Shown: positions 41,295 through 56,400, counted from the stretch's first letter. The stretch: 64,000 nt of DNA from Trichoplax adhaerens (GCF_000150275.1 NW_002060949.1:1857836-1921835), one strand, 5' to 3'. Notes: generated by a model not told the origin, from the letters alone. Made by a program: numbers and translations.

Positions 41295-44250
41295 TACTGT
41301 ATAATATCTCCCATGTGACAGAATTCTATCGATACAAATACTTCAGTTCTGTATTTCTCGATTTTTCATACATACATATATATATATGTATGTAATTTAG
41401 AATAACAACCCCATATACAGTATCAATTTAGCCCGAATGCTAATATAGATCTACTGTATATCGCCGATATTCCATACTGTATATCTGGATATCTGATTCT
41501 CTCTCTCTATAATCTCTTATGGGAGAGAATTCGTCATGTATGAATTATCATTAAAATATAGTCCGATTGAATACTTATGCAGTGTACAATATTGGTAAAT
41601 ATCTCTTCGCTAATAATACTGCAATTATACAGTGAGTAGACAGTAAATTGGAGAACTGAGTACTTAAAATTATATGTAAACAGTACGCGAAGTGGCCTAA
41701 GTGGACAGTAGGCCCAGCCAGAATAGCTCCGATTACTCTGATACTCAGCGTCAATAACAGTACTGTACTGTAGACCATTCATAAATGGGGATATAACGGT
41801 CAGTGATACTTTCATCATTTATGGACTTAAGAGCAAGTTTAACTTTCTAACTTTACCAGATTCAGATATTTCAGAATCTCTCCATCAACCTCATATATCA
41901 TTCTATTATAGCTTTACTGTATTTTTAAAGAAAAATATGGCCCGAAAGTGACAAAATGTTATGAAACAGCCTGTACAGTACAACGAATCAGGAAACTACT
42001 GTACACAGTAACGGGGGTTTCTATACGGTACTGTATGTACAGTACAGTACCCACATTTGTACTGAACTGTATTGGCATTTCGAAAGTGCTAAGATTAGTT
42101 TACAGTACGGTACAGAAAAATTTCATTTATTACTGTCGAGATTTTAAACTTCTAACCAATTTTACGCGAAAAGTATAGAATATCTAGAAAAATAAGAACC
42201 AAATTGGCATTCCTGAGTTCTTAGGCTACAACTAAGTATAGAATTTATGTAGTTTGGGCCTGATTGAACTTGCACAATTATATCTTTTCAGGGTGCCATC
42301 GAAAATAATCAGATTCTCTACACTACTGTACTCTACTATAGTTATAACATTGAACATTTCATGACCATGGACCATAGAGAAAAACTTCCATTATTTACTA
42401 ATAATCAGATTCTGTACACTACTGTACTCTACTATGGTTATAACATTGAACATTTCATGACCATGGAGAAAAACTTCCATTACTTATCTAGTAAAAAAAA
42501 AGTGACGTAATGGAATCATTGGCCACTAGCCAAGTACAGTACGGTATAACCCAAGTCAAATAACAGCCTGAACCAAAGGGTTCTAACCCAANNNNNNNNN
42601 NNNNNNNNNNNNNNNNNNNNNNNNNNNNNNNNNNNNNNNNNGTCCCGATTACTAATATGAAAGTTACTTAACGAAATTTGAATTGGTATAGAAATGAATG
42701 ATCTCTAGGATTTATGTAAATATTATTGAGAAGGTAGAAGTGATTGATACACATCAGTAGGTACTATTAGTTCTATTGCTCTCTTGCAATTCGTAGTGTT
42801 ATCCTACTGTAGTTCCCCTGTCCCAATTACTTTTGATTTCTATACTGTATATAGTAACCATCCTTATTCGGTAAACATACTAATACGAAAGTTACTTAAC
42901 GAAATTTGAAAAGTGATTGATACACATCAGTAGGTACTCTTAGTTCTATTGCTCTCTTGCAATTCGTAGTGTTACCCTACTATAGTTCCCCTGTCCCGGT
43001 TATTTTTGATTGCTATATATCATATTACAAAAAGTATTTCTAAGAGGATAATGTTCGTTAGTCAGCGATCTGATAGTTACTGAACCTCTGTTAAATGAGC
43101 ACATTATCGTAAACCGTCAGTAAAGCGACGGGAGTTTGCACTAGTACTGTATAATATCTCCCATGTGACAGAATTCTATCTATACAAATACTTCAGTTCT
43201 GTATTTCTCGATTTTTCATACATACATATATATATATGTATGTAATTTAGAATAACAACCCCATATACAGTATCAATTTAGCCCGAATGCTAATATAGAT
43301 CTACTGTATATCGCCGATATTCCATATATCTGGACATCTGATTCTCTCTCTCTATAATCTCTTATGGGAGAGAATTCGTCATGTATGGATTATCATTAAA
43401 ATATAATCCGATTGAATACTTATGCAGTGTACAATATTGGTAAATATCTCTTCGCTAATAATACTGCAATTATACAAAGAGTAGACAGTAAATTGGAGAA
43501 CTGAGTACTTAAAATTATATGTAAACAGTACGCGAAGTGGCCTAAGTGTACAGTACATACAGCAGGCCCAGCCAGAATAGCTCCGATTACTCAGATACTC
43601 AGCGTCAATAACAGTACAGTACTGTACAGTACAACGAATCAGGAAACTACAGTACACAGTAAAACGGGGGGTTTCTATACGGTACTGTACTGTATGTACA
43701 GTACAGTACCCACATTTGTACTGAAGTGTATTGGCATTTCGAAAGTGCTAAGATTAGTTTACAGTACGGTACAGAGAAATTTCATTTATTACTGTCGAGA
43801 TTTTAAACTTCTAACCAATTTTACGCGAAAAGTATAGAATATCTAGAAAAATAAGAACCAAATTGGCATTCCTGAGTTCTTAGGCTACAACTAAGTATAG
43901 AATTTATGTAGCTTGGGCCTGATTGAACTTGCACAATTATATCTTTTCAGGGTGCCATCGAAAATAATCAGATTCTCTACACAACTGTACTCTACTATGG
44001 TTATAACATTGAACATTTCATGACCATGGACCATGGAGAAAAACTTCCATTATTTATTAATAATCAGATTCTGTACACTACTGTACTCTACTATGGTTAT
44101 AACATTGAACATTTCATAACCATGGAGAAAAACTTCCATTACTTGTCTAGTAAAAAAAAGTGACGTAATGGAATCATTGGCCACTAGCCAAGTACAGTAC
44201 GGTATAACCCAAGTCAAATAACAGCCTGGAACCAAAGGGTTCTAACCCAA
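41295..44250. repeat. Direct duplication (41295-42591 and 43145-44250) flanking a 50-N gap, with nested ~100-bp tandem units
   Basis: Both copies start tactgtataatatctcccatgtgacagaattc and end ggttctaacccaa. They are near-identical apart from SNPs, small indels and a 199-bp insert in copy 1. A further local duplication lies at ~42650-43010. Confidence 0.9.
41773..41971. mobile_element. Candidate MITE-like 199-bp insertion
   Basis: Present in duplicate copy 1 and absent from the equivalent site in copy 2 (~43625). Flanked by TGTA on both sides, with imperfect inverted ends gaccattcataa / ttatgaaacagcc. Confidence 0.55.
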
Positions 44251-44497
44251 GTCAATAACCCGGTATCACCAAGAAGGCGTGTTTTTTTTCCAATACTGTC
44301 TATTGTACTGTACTGTACACTACAGTACTTTTCTGCGCCACCGTACTGTACAACAGTACTGTATACTGTACTCCAAGCATTTTATAATCTGCCCGAGTAT
44401 GACGTAGGCCCCACTGCTCCTTGCCTACCTGTGATTTCTAAAGTGGCACATTCTGCTTTCTAAAAATACTGTAAATATTGCAGATACTCCTTCAAAT

Positions 44498-47400
44498 ATG
44501 TTCAAAAGAAAGTCCAAAGCTAGTAAAGACAATGATTTAGCCAAAACGGTAAAAATAGAATAACCGAATGGACGATCTTACCTAAGTACTAAAGTTTACA
44601 GTTTTCAACGACTTTACAGTTGAAAACTTCAACTGTGCCTTCTATGTGTCTGTTGTATTACCAGTTAACAGTTATACTCGCACTCTTTCATTAGCTGTAT
44701 ACATACCATGAAAAATGTCGCTGTGGATTCATTTCAATCGTGTCATGTGTTAATTTAATTAAAAGAAATTTTGTAAAAATAACGCCAGTAACATAAATTG
44801 CCTATTTTGGACAGATATACATGTCTTACATAGGGTAAAATGCTACTACCATATTGAAGAAGGCAGTACTGACACTATTGCACCGGTCGTAATGTTCAAT
44901 GGTTTAGTCTTTCAATGGAAAGAAGACTCACTGTACACTCTTTCTATAGTAGTATATCATAATATAATATCGTACGAATGCATTGGATTAATTTTAAAAT
45001 TGTAGAAGTATATATACATACTGACAAATCTCAGTATAACGCTACACTTGAATACTGTCACCTTCTAATAGTATCCCCCACACCTCCATCATCTACAATA
45101 CTGTAGACATTTGCCAATACTCGAGTATCTTGCCAAACGATGGATGCTTTCGTATTTATTACTAACTTACTTGTGGGCTATGAACCTCAGCAATTATAGT
45201 AATTCTGTACACGTGAAATACAATCGTGTACTGATGCCAGCTTTTGTTACTTTTTATGACTATTAACTAGTACACTCGTAGATATGAAATAGGTACTGTT
45301 TTGACTCGTACTGTATAGTGCGAACGTCTACTCTCACTAGTTAATTCACCAGTTAGGATATCTCTAGGTCAAGCCCTTTAATCGTATCCTATTCATCTAC
45401 ACGGAAAATAGAGTAAAGTAGCACAATGTATATTATAGATTTAACACACGGTAGTTATGAATTGTAAGTAATTTCCAGATAATGCAATGAACGAGTTCTT
45501 TTTCATGCACTTTATATGCATATATATATATACAACACGTATAATGAACACAGCTTGGTATTGGCATGGTCAACAACGATGATGATGATGACGCTAATTT
45601 AGAAGCTGAAATGGCTGCGATCGCTGGCATATCACCATCAAAAGATAAAAAAAAATCAAAGTCAAAAGGTACAGTACATTATTATACCCGCATAATAAAC
45701 CTTCAGTGCACACTAATCATTATCTCAACAAGGTGTGGTGTATTATAAAACTTTAGCTATTCAACATACTTAGAACGAGTTTCGATGTCTAGATATTAAA
45801 ATATTGATATCTCTATGATCGACTTTTTTCTAGAAGTAACCATCAATGAAATACAAAAAATGGCCGCTAAGAACATAATGGATATCGATGATGGCAACAA
45901 TGATGATGATGATGATGAGATAGATCAAGCGGAATTGATGGTTAAATCATTTTTTTAATTAGTTTTAAATAGACTTCCCATCATTATAATATTTAGGAAT
46001 ATTTAACCACTATCATAAGCAGTCCATATAAAGCAAATTATTCTTAATTAAAGGATGAACTAAATGATTTCATTGATGAAGATGACGATATGGCTCACAC
46101 GGAGACAGCAGTCAAGGTAATGATTTTTTGTATTTCATGTGGAGTGGTATAATTTCCACGTCACTTGTATCTTAGTAATTTATGTATAATGTCTCGTAAT
46201 TGTAATTCCACCACACATTTGCTGAAAGTTTAAGCTTACATAATCAATTTACCGATATAAAAACTTAAATGTATTATTTTAAATTATAAAATAACGCTTT
46301 TTTACGTTCATTATTATTATAACTATTGAACATTATTACACAACAACTATTGCCTCTTATTAAGTACAGTATATGCAGAAATTGCAATACTAGTACATAA
46401 ACATTACAATGAAGATGGTATATTGTCATCTTAGGCCAGTGATGAAGCAAAGTCTCTTACTACAGATGATACCTTAGCAGCTTTGCAAGATAGGAAAGCA
46501 ATGTACGAAGCTGCACTAACATTTGCTACACAGTCCAATGATAGTTCACGTATGAGAAGGATTACTCGTGGCTTAAAGGTAATTTATGAGCCATTACGAA
46601 ATCCTATCAGGATTTACCAATGTAATGATAAAAATCTTGTTTAGCCTTCGTATTTGCTGTCAAAATTTTAGTCTATTACAGTATAATGAAACACCTAAAT
46701 AAACAATGTTATCATATCTTTCTATGCAGGATTTGGATTCCATGATTAAAAGTGCTTCTTCCGGTAAACTCATAAATTTGGATGAGATGCCAGGGCCTGT
46801 AAGTGTTGGTGTTTCGCCAGCTCGACCCAGAAGTGATGATAAGCCTTCAGAAACCGTAAAAGCTGAAGCCGATAACAAAATTCAAATATTAACTGAAAGA
46901 CTCTCTCAGTATAAGAAGGCAGCGCTTGCTGCCAAGAAGGATAATAACATAGAATTGGCCAAGCAATTTCTAATAATTTCCAAGGTAGTTGCAGCTATAG
47001 TTACTGCTAAAATTTACAATAACCATGGTCGGTAAACTTAATGCTCAAACATAAATATTTAACTTCCCTATTTTATTTTCATTATGTGACTAAATACAGA
47101 AAATTGAGTCAATGCTAGAATCGGTAAAAGCTGGAAACGACATAGATATTTCGGCTTTAGACCCGCCTACTTACCATGCAAAACCTCCTTCGGCAGCACC
47201 ACCAGAAGTATCACCTTCATCGGACCTACCTGCAAGCGATGAAACTCTTGATGACTCTGCAGCCCCAGTGAGTACGTTGGATGCTCTGACAATGCGGATA
47301 CAACGGTTTTCAACTATTATTGAAGCAGCTAAAGAAGCAGGAAATGGCTCAAAAGTCCGTCGTCATACAAGACTTCTAAAGGTTTATTACAAAGAGAATT

Positions 47401-50400
47401 TTGTACATTATTTTTATACGTAAATTAGATATTGACACTATATAATTGATACAATATTGCGGTTTACAATTTATAGGAAGTACAAAATGCCATGAAATGT
47501 TTTAAACAAGGCTTATCGTATGACTGGGAAGCCGTTCCGACACTGCCAGGTCAGCAGTTTTGCTAGTGTAAAATATGGTCATACATTAGAAACTAAAATT
47601 CGCTCTGGAATACCTACGTATACCGATTGAAGTTATCTCAATTTTACGTCTTGCCTACGAGTTAAACTTTTTCGTTTGCTGGATCTGCTTTACTTATTAT
47701 AATGTTGTATATGATACTGTTTTCATTTTGCACCATAACAATATTTTCTATCATTTGAATGGCTCGTTTATCAATTTTTAAGTTGATTCAAGCAGCTGAT
47801 TATATATCTAGTAAACATGATACAAATGATACTGTATGCTTAGGACTTCCCCCAGTACCGCCACCCGATTCTGGAGAGTCAAACAAATCTAGTGTTACTG
47901 CAAGTCCTAAGAAATCTGGTGGTAATCCTGCAGCTCCTGTAGATACTATGGATGCATTACTCATGAGACTTGAAAAATTTGAAAAGGCAGTCGAAACAGC
48001 CCAAGAAAATGGTAATGAAGCAAAAGCAAGACGCTCTGGAAGGATTGTTACAGTTAGTCTAAATCAATCAATTAATTAAAATCTTATTGAAAGTTAAAAT
48101 TTTACGCTTTACACTTACGATGCATACCTGATTATAATAGCAAATTCAACAAGCAATTGCACATCTTAAAGCCGGCAAACCGTATGATTGGGAATCTATA
48201 CCGGAATTACCAGGTTTGATATACAGTATTACAGAAATACGTACCTATTGTATCCCAGAAAGTATTCTTAAAAATCATTCATATAATGCAAATAAATTCG
48301 TAATTTCGCTTATTGAAAAACGTCAAGTTGCATATAACGTCACTCTTTCCGAAGAAGTCACTTTTAATAACAACTTACATTTTTAATAGGTTTTGCTCCC
48401 ATTCCGTTGCCCAATACAAGCCAGCAACCTGTTAAGGCATCTATTGAAGCTAGCGGTAATATAAAATCTCTAATTTTTTGCAACATAGTATAGCAATAAT
48501 TTTCAGTTTCTCCTTTGTTATCTGTTGATTTTACAGCTTCTAAAGTCACTCCCAAATCGTCCCCCGTGAGTACATTACCCTTGTAGTACAAAATATGAAC
48601 TATACTGCATATGCAGTGTATCTGGCGAAAATTCGCAAGATCTGTAATCCAGTGTATCAATTTTTAATGCTGCCTTTTCAAAAATATTCTGAATAAGATA
48701 TTAAATATTATTACCCCTATGTAAGCTTGCAGGCTATTTGCTAGTATTTAAGAAATAATCTCTATTTATTGTTGTAGACTAAGATGCCGACCCGAAATCA
48801 GCAACAGCTGAAATTTCTCTTAGATAGACAACATCAATTCAAAGCTGCTGCTCTAGCAGCAAAGAAGAAAGGAAATATTGATACTGCCAAGGATTATCTG
48901 AGAAAAGCCAAGGTGCAAACAACTATTTATTTTCGTTACTTGTCATAAAATTTGTAAAGTACGATATGATATTTGTAGATGGCCTTACATCGAACTAGGA
49001 TCCTAACACCTTTATTTGACTTATTTATTAAAGGGCTTTGATCAGATGATTGAAGCAGCTGAAAGTGGATTACCTTGTGACTTGAGCAATGTACAGTAGA
49101 AATTATATAGATATTCGCACAATTTAGCCTTCATACTCGAATCTTTTATTCAAGACGTTTTATAAATCATTACAATTTCTAATATCTTACTTGTGTTATC
49201 CTTTAGTTACCTCCACCACCTAATCTTGAATCAGACTCAAATCAAACAGCGGATAAGAATCAAACTGTCGATGGGCCTATTTCTGCTAGTGATGGGGATG
49301 CAAACGCCCTATATGAACGACTAGATGCTGCGATAATCAAACAGATGGAGGTTACTAGTTAAAACAGCAATCTAAATTCTCGATGTAGTTAAGCTCGTCA
49401 CCGTCGTTAAAATTAGCGGTCATATTGTCTGTCATGATAGGTTTGCTTGCAAAATACTCAATATTATGCCAAACTGGGGGACTTGGAGAATTCAAAACGG
49501 TAAACAAAGAAATGTTCTATTGATACGTTCACAAAAAATAATGAATAATACTTATTATTTTATTTAGATACGAAAAACTAGGAGCCGAGTGCCGTATTAG
49601 TTTAGACTATCTTCGAAATTCAAAGTCTCATAAAGATCCAGTTCCACGTTTTCATTATGAAATTAAAAAATTCACCGTCATCAAGTTGGTATCACTTTAT
49701 ACTCTATACCAGAATTATATTTTCTTTAATTTTGTAAAGAATTTACTGTTAACATATCTATAGGTCCTTTTCGGAAATTAGTAGTTCGGAAGCCTATATT
49801 AAAGTATCTCGGTGTATTAATCTACCTCTGCCGTCAGGTAAAACTGTACAATCTAGAACTAAGTTGTCGCTTGTAACGTTCCAATTCTTAATTACTTGTA
49901 ACTTGTATGTAGATTAGAGTCCAGTAAGCAGAAGCATGTTCTTTTTAAACCTATACTAACGAGTAGTTCTTGTAGGATACACCGCGAACGATTTCCATTG
50001 TTACGTTGCTTATGAATTTCCGTTCCCTTCGGTATGCCAAATTTACCATTGTAAAAGTTCGGCAATACTTACTTCTGATAACTTAAGATTTATTCGTAAT
50101 TACGGTAGGATGCCCCTCAAAGTGGACGAACAAGTACTGTCAAGCACACAGTTAACCCAGGTAATTTAGGGTTATATCTTAGTTATAAATTCTTCCATAC
50201 ACTTGAATATTAATGTCAATGTTTGTAGAATTCAGTGACGAAATTAAAGTCAAGATTGATAGAAAGCAACGATCGCTAGCTAGAATCTTTAAGCGCCAAT
50301 CATTAAAGCTAGAATTGCTTTACGAAAGGTGTTAACTTATCACTAACGCATTCATATTATAGTAGCCATAGTTCTAATTCTTATGAATGTCTACATATTT

Positions 50401-51913
50401 GATACGCTCAATCGTAGAGGTTTTCTTCAACGCGATAAACTATTAGCTCAAGCAAATATTAAATTAGCTGGTTTGGAAAGTAAATGCGAAGTTCATCAAT
50501 GTGTTGATGTAAGAGGAAGCATAGAATAGTTCATTATTATAATGTTACCCATTGATGTAATTTAAAAGTATTTAATATACGTAATATACAAATTTTCATA
50601 TATATCTGTCCTAACAGTTAATGGACGGTCGACGGCCTTGTGGTGGTAAAATAGAAGTCAGCATTCGTATCCGCGAGCCAGTTTCCGAAAAAGAAATCTC
50701 AGAAATTCAGGAAAGATGGCTCGTATTGGATACAAGCTCTGGAGTACCTCATGTACGATATTTAACTTAGAAAGCTGTGCATTGTTGACTCTATTGATAT
50801 TGTAGCATTTAAGTACATAGTTTAAATTTGTATTTCATGTAGATTGAGAATTTAGCTGGCGCTGCATTGGCACCTTCAATCCGGTAACTGATAAGCTTTT
50901 AAACAGTGAATTTTCTGCCTCTAGCAGCTAACATTGTATCGTACTTACGAAAATATCGATTTACTATAGCAATAAAACTGCCAAAGCGTCTAATACCACT
51001 TCAGCTAAAAGGTTAATAAAAGTATCTAGTATAAGTTATCATCAAATGTTTAAATCATGCTGGATAACTTGCTAACTCGGAATCATTATGTTATATATTG
51101 TATCCACTAGCAGCTCAACAACTCCAAACTATAGTAGTTTAGCTGTGTTAAAATCTGAATGCCAGCGAATCGAAAAGCAGGTTTGCGTTTTACACTTGAG
51201 ATAATGACGGTAGATTAGCAAGCTATAACTGATCGCATGATTGTATACTGAATTCAATACTTAACTTATTAGATGATAAGCATTAAGTCGAAAGGTACAT
51301 CTCCTCCAAAGAACTTATCGACAGCATTGAAGCATTATAAGGATCTAGCAGGTGATCTAGAAAAGAAATTGAAGTCAGGAGGCGTGTCAGCCTGGAAAGG
51401 TAACATGACTACATCTTTAGCTTTGTGTTTCCTTTAATTTAAATCTTTATGGCTCTACGCTCACTAACCAATTGATAATAATTTGGTCTATACTTTAGAT
51501 TTATACACGTATTAAGGTATCTAATATTATAGATTACTGTATTGATTCGTTTCTGTTCTACTGTAGATTATACCCAGAATCTGGAAAAGAAAATTCAGGA
51601 AGAACATGCACTAGCTGTCCAATTAAATACTCAAGGAAATAAGGTATACATGTGACGTACACGTATTTTATTTTTCTTACGATTTAGTTCATTTGATGAT
51701 CCTTTTTACGTGAAAAATTATTTTAACAACAGGCCGGAGCAGTTCAAGCCTTGCAGCGTAAAAAGTTAATGCAAAGCGAGGTACGATACTCTCATTAATT
51801 ACAAATTACTAACTTTTAGTATATTTCATTCAATAATTACAATAATATAACGACAATTTTACCAAATATTAAAACTATAGGCTGCATCCATCAAAGCCAA
51901 ATTGAAATTGTAA
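44498..51913 (+). CDS. CC2D1: Coiled-coil and C2 domain protein 1 / Lethal giant discs orthologue (DM14 repeats plus C2), >20 exons
   Basis: Exon 1 MFKRKSKASKDNDLAKT; then DDANLEAEMAAIAG; DM14 repeats (e.g. ERLSQYKKAALAAKK, DRQHQFKAAALAAKKKG); PVPRFHYE; C2 domain YEFPFPS..TVNPEF..MDGRRPCGGKIEVSIRIREP..ERWLVLD; C-terminal ALQRKKLMQSE..KLKL stop at 51911-51913. Confidence 0.9.
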
Positions 51914-53452
51914 AATCTGCAGTAAACATGAACTATGATTGGTATCAGTTAATGTATATACATATGCATTATTGAGTGTGCAAAATTACACACTTGGAAA
52001 CGTTTGTTCTGAAACAGTATAGCACTGATATCACGACGAAAAGTGATACAGTATTTGATGCGTTCTATATATATCATTAGTCTACTATTCTGTTGTACAA
52101 TGTAAAGCAGGGGTGTATTTTACGTATTTTTGGTAATCCTCAGACCCTAGACTATATATTAAATTGCATTTAAAATTAATTTGGAGCAACTTTTTAGATG
52201 AAAGACTCATTTCTTATGTCATGACAGTAGAATAAACATATGATAATATTTATGTTAAGTTGATAATTGAATGTGTTATATCTGTAACAAAGAAGGTGAA
52301 CGAATAGATTTGGTCAGAGACTACTGAATACTCTCTAATCCAAAAATAATCACTTTCTCCTAATCTAAAAGAGAAAATAGAAAGCCAACGGACCTACAGT
52401 GCAAACAATGTGGAAGCTGATTCCACTATGTACAGTATTATACTGTTCGTACTGTAAGCTAGTTGAGCATTCCTTTCTTCTTTATTTTTAGATCGGGAGA
52501 AGGGAAGAAGTGTTCATTTTAGGGAGAGGAGTTGCTTAGAAGTCCCACCTTGGGTCCTGAAGATTTTGTTAGTTTACCAAGTAATGCAAACGCTTATATA
52601 ATAACTAAGAAACTATTCTATGATCCAAGAAAAATTAAAGAAATTACTCTTATAACATATCGATGCTACTTTTTACGAGATCATTATCATCAAGTCGTTT
52701 ATGGTATCCACCATGATCAAGAAAAAAGCGATTAACTACGGTTACGCTATATCGATTGAACTAAAAAAGATGTATTTGTTGCCTATCGCTTAAATTTATG
52801 TAGCATTTGATAACAATATACTGTATTTTATTAGCAAGACTAATAATATAATTATAATCATTTACCCACCATAGTTTCATGATGATAACCTATGCACGTT
52901 CCTATTTATTTTGCATCTCTAACACTACCATATTACATTAATAGATTGTATCAGCTAGACCAATGAAAGCAACGCCCTGTTAGCATTCCCTAGTAGGTTC
53001 AATAAATAAACTTTGTCGAATTTACGTTTACAAGGTTTGAGCGTACCCGATCACGTGCAAATGCACATTTTTTTTTATTAATAACTTCTCCGGTTGAAAT
53101 TACTCACTTTAACTAAATGTAGCTAAAGTATACTAGCGTTGATTAAGTGTGATTTAAGAGTAAGCTTACAATTTCATCAGTACCAACAGCTGTCAATAAT
53201 TGTAATTATGAGCCAATAGTAGGTACCATATAGGGCTCATCAAAAAAGTTATTAATCACTGGTCCTGTTTGATCTAATTTTAAGGTTGAAAACACATAGA
53301 AACGACATTTACTTGATAAAAGTCTCTTTAGAATTACTTCTTACCGCCGTCAATGCCTATATATTACTGTAATTTATGAATAGAGACCTTTATGCTTTAG
53401 CGGATTGGATATTATTTAGCAATTATTTAAGTTTCTGTGTAGATTGGTCAAG

Positions 53453-56400
53453 ATGGGCCAGAATTGTTCAAAGGCGAAAAAATCAACGGTATCACCATCT
53501 TCATCAACCTCATCGATACCATCGCCGTTACCATTGCCTCCTCAATCCAATATCTTCATTGGCTTGTATGATTATAAAGCATTATCGCCGCAAGATTTAA
53601 GTTTTCGAAAAGGTGAGCCGCTTGAAATTTTAGAAAGCGATGGCGATTGGTGGAAAGCTCGATCGTTACATACTGGCAATGAAGGATTTGTACCGTTTAA
53701 TTATGTTCAATCCCCTAACAGCGATTTAGCCAACCTGTAAGTAAAATCAGTTATCATTTTGGGATAATTTAATTATTGATGAAAAAAATATCAAGCCATA
53801 ATGCTGTGTTAGAACACTTAATTTGTTTTGACCACCTTTCAACGCTATAACTGGCTAGTTCTCTAGAAACGTATTATATATTCAATCGTCAAGAATTACT
53901 TTGTTACCATTAACTATATCGACGTTATGATTGTGTAAATAAGACACAATACTAATTTTCCAACCTAAAACTAAGGTAGTCGTTGTTTAATCTTTCGGAT
54001 TATTCTGACATTTACTGAGCAATAACCGCTAACTATAATCCTTATAACACTGTCGACGCACAGTTTAACGTAGTATTTAATATGGTCTATATCGAAAGAC
54101 ACTTTCGGAAGATTAAAATTATTTCTTGATACGGTATTAGCAGTTTCAATTTTCGTCGTTCTGCATCCCTTTCATTGACTTTAATGAAACCAGACTTTCA
54201 TCCATTGCAACCTTCATTGAGCAAATTACTTACTATCCATACTTACAACCGGGAAATTTTTGAATAGAATTATATCAAAATATCTTTATAGCGGACATAT
54301 ACAGTATAACTTCTTATTTCGATAGCGTTAAAGTGAATCATTTTGTTGCTTTTGGCTATATCAGCTTTCGCCTTTTTGCATTGATTACAAGAATCTTCAG
54401 TAAGATAAGACCGGATTTACTGATTCTAATAGAATTCCTATTAAACCTTTATACTGTTTGAACTTGATTTCTGCGCAATCTACAGCTAATAATTGCAACA
54501 TTACCAATGCAACTTCGAGCACTTGATGTTAAATAGGTAGTTGAAGTACTTTCACCGCAGAAGTCTACAATTTTAATTACTAAAGTAAGAAATAACTTTT
54601 AAATTACTTTTATCCGTCATCTTCCTCATAGTTAGAGGTTATTTGCATACTTTATATGATATTAACAGCATGCATAACACAGACATAATAATATTGTCAT
54701 TATCATACTACATTGATCGAATGCAACGGGTATTCTTCTGACTTTTTTACCCGAAGTCGAATCATGAAAGGATATCAATTAGCCAAATATTCTACTTTGC
54801 TTGCGTGTGACCATTTACGAAGTCCGATAGAATTTATAGTATCCTCAAGAGACTATATATAATCTTACACCTATTTGACAGCCCTAAGTTTCGTAGCCAT
54901 TAAGTTAAGCGTTTATCGATTAATCAATACGAAAATGTCTACCAATCTATGATTTTCCTTATCAGATTGTTAAACTGCTCAAGGACAACCATTTTACTCT
55001 TACTTTTACTACACTGTATGCGATATGAATCAGCTGTATTGAATACTCCATAACTATGCATAAAACGATGCGAAAGTCTGGCTAAAATTCAAATAGAAAT
55101 TCGTATTGTCTTTTTCTTAATGGCCTTTGGTAAACTGGTCTAACTGGAATAAATTTCTATCTGATCGTGACCATCTATCTTTTGCTCTGCTTACATATGT
55201 TCTACGGATTTTCACGATAACTTAACTTTTCTATTCCGTAGTAGAATACTTAGCAAAGCGCTTTAGAGTATCGTAAAGATATTTTAAAGTTACTACAGTA
55301 TCATAATTTCTTCAATAACTTCGGGTGCCTAAACCATGAAGAAAATTTTGATACTCTTCATGATTCTTCGGAAAAATTGACATTTCCATTTTTGTAACCA
55401 TTAAACGATCATTTTTGTAATAGAATCTGTATAGTCGGAGGGAAGGCAGTTGAGTGAGGAAGACAATCAAAGGAAAAAAGAACCTTTAAACGTCTGTAAC
55501 TAACTGTGAGAACTCTTTAAAGTCTATGTTAAAAGGAAAGCGTTTAATTACACCAACCAATAATTTCCCTCTTATGACATACAGTAGACCATGCAGGTAA
55601 AAGAAGAACCTGTTGAGTACCAAAAAAGAAGGAAAGCATTTATACAGTAAAAGCTATTGCCTTGGATTGTAACGGCCTTTCCCCCAAAGTATTCACTATA
55701 TGATTACTTAACCTTTATCCCATCTGTTACTAACGTACGTCGTAAAATATCAATTCTTCTATTACGCTTAATGGCTTAATTTATATTTTTCGTAAATACA
55801 GTGCTTCATCTTTCATTCATCTTATTGCCTATTACCCCATGCATTATTGACTGGACTTAAAATTACTGTCATGCAACAAATAATTACAAAATCAACCATT
55901 ATTAACTAATATATTTTTTTTTAGTTGGTTCTTTCCTGAAATGAAACGTAATGCCGCTGAAGTTCGTTTAATGCAACGTGATGTTAAACGTGGAGGCTTC
56001 TTAATTCGTCATTGTGAAAGCCAACCGAATCAATATGCCTTGTCTTTCCGTGCTGGTGATGTTATCAAACATTATCGTATTCGTAAATTAGATTCTGGTG
56101 GCTATTATATCAGTCTGCAATCGCAATTTAAGACACTGATTGAATTAGTGGAGCACTATCGACAAGCTAAGAATGGTTTATACTGTCGATTAGGAAATCC
56201 TTGTCTGCGAGCAGTTGGCCCAACACCAGGAATAGCCTCGGATGTGTGGGAAGTACCGCGAAATTCTATCAAGTTAACTAAAAAATTAGGGGCTGGCAAC
56301 TTCGGTGAAGTTTGGTCTGGTAAATGGAATGGTACTACGGATGTTGCAGTCAAACAAATGAAAGTGGGTGCAATGAAAAGGACTGCTTTTTTAGGTGAGG

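Noticed and set aside
41295-44250. A pair of LTRs
   Set aside because: No TG..CA ends, PBS or PPT were recognised, the interior is only ~550 bp including a gap, and the protease-like relic lies outside the pair.
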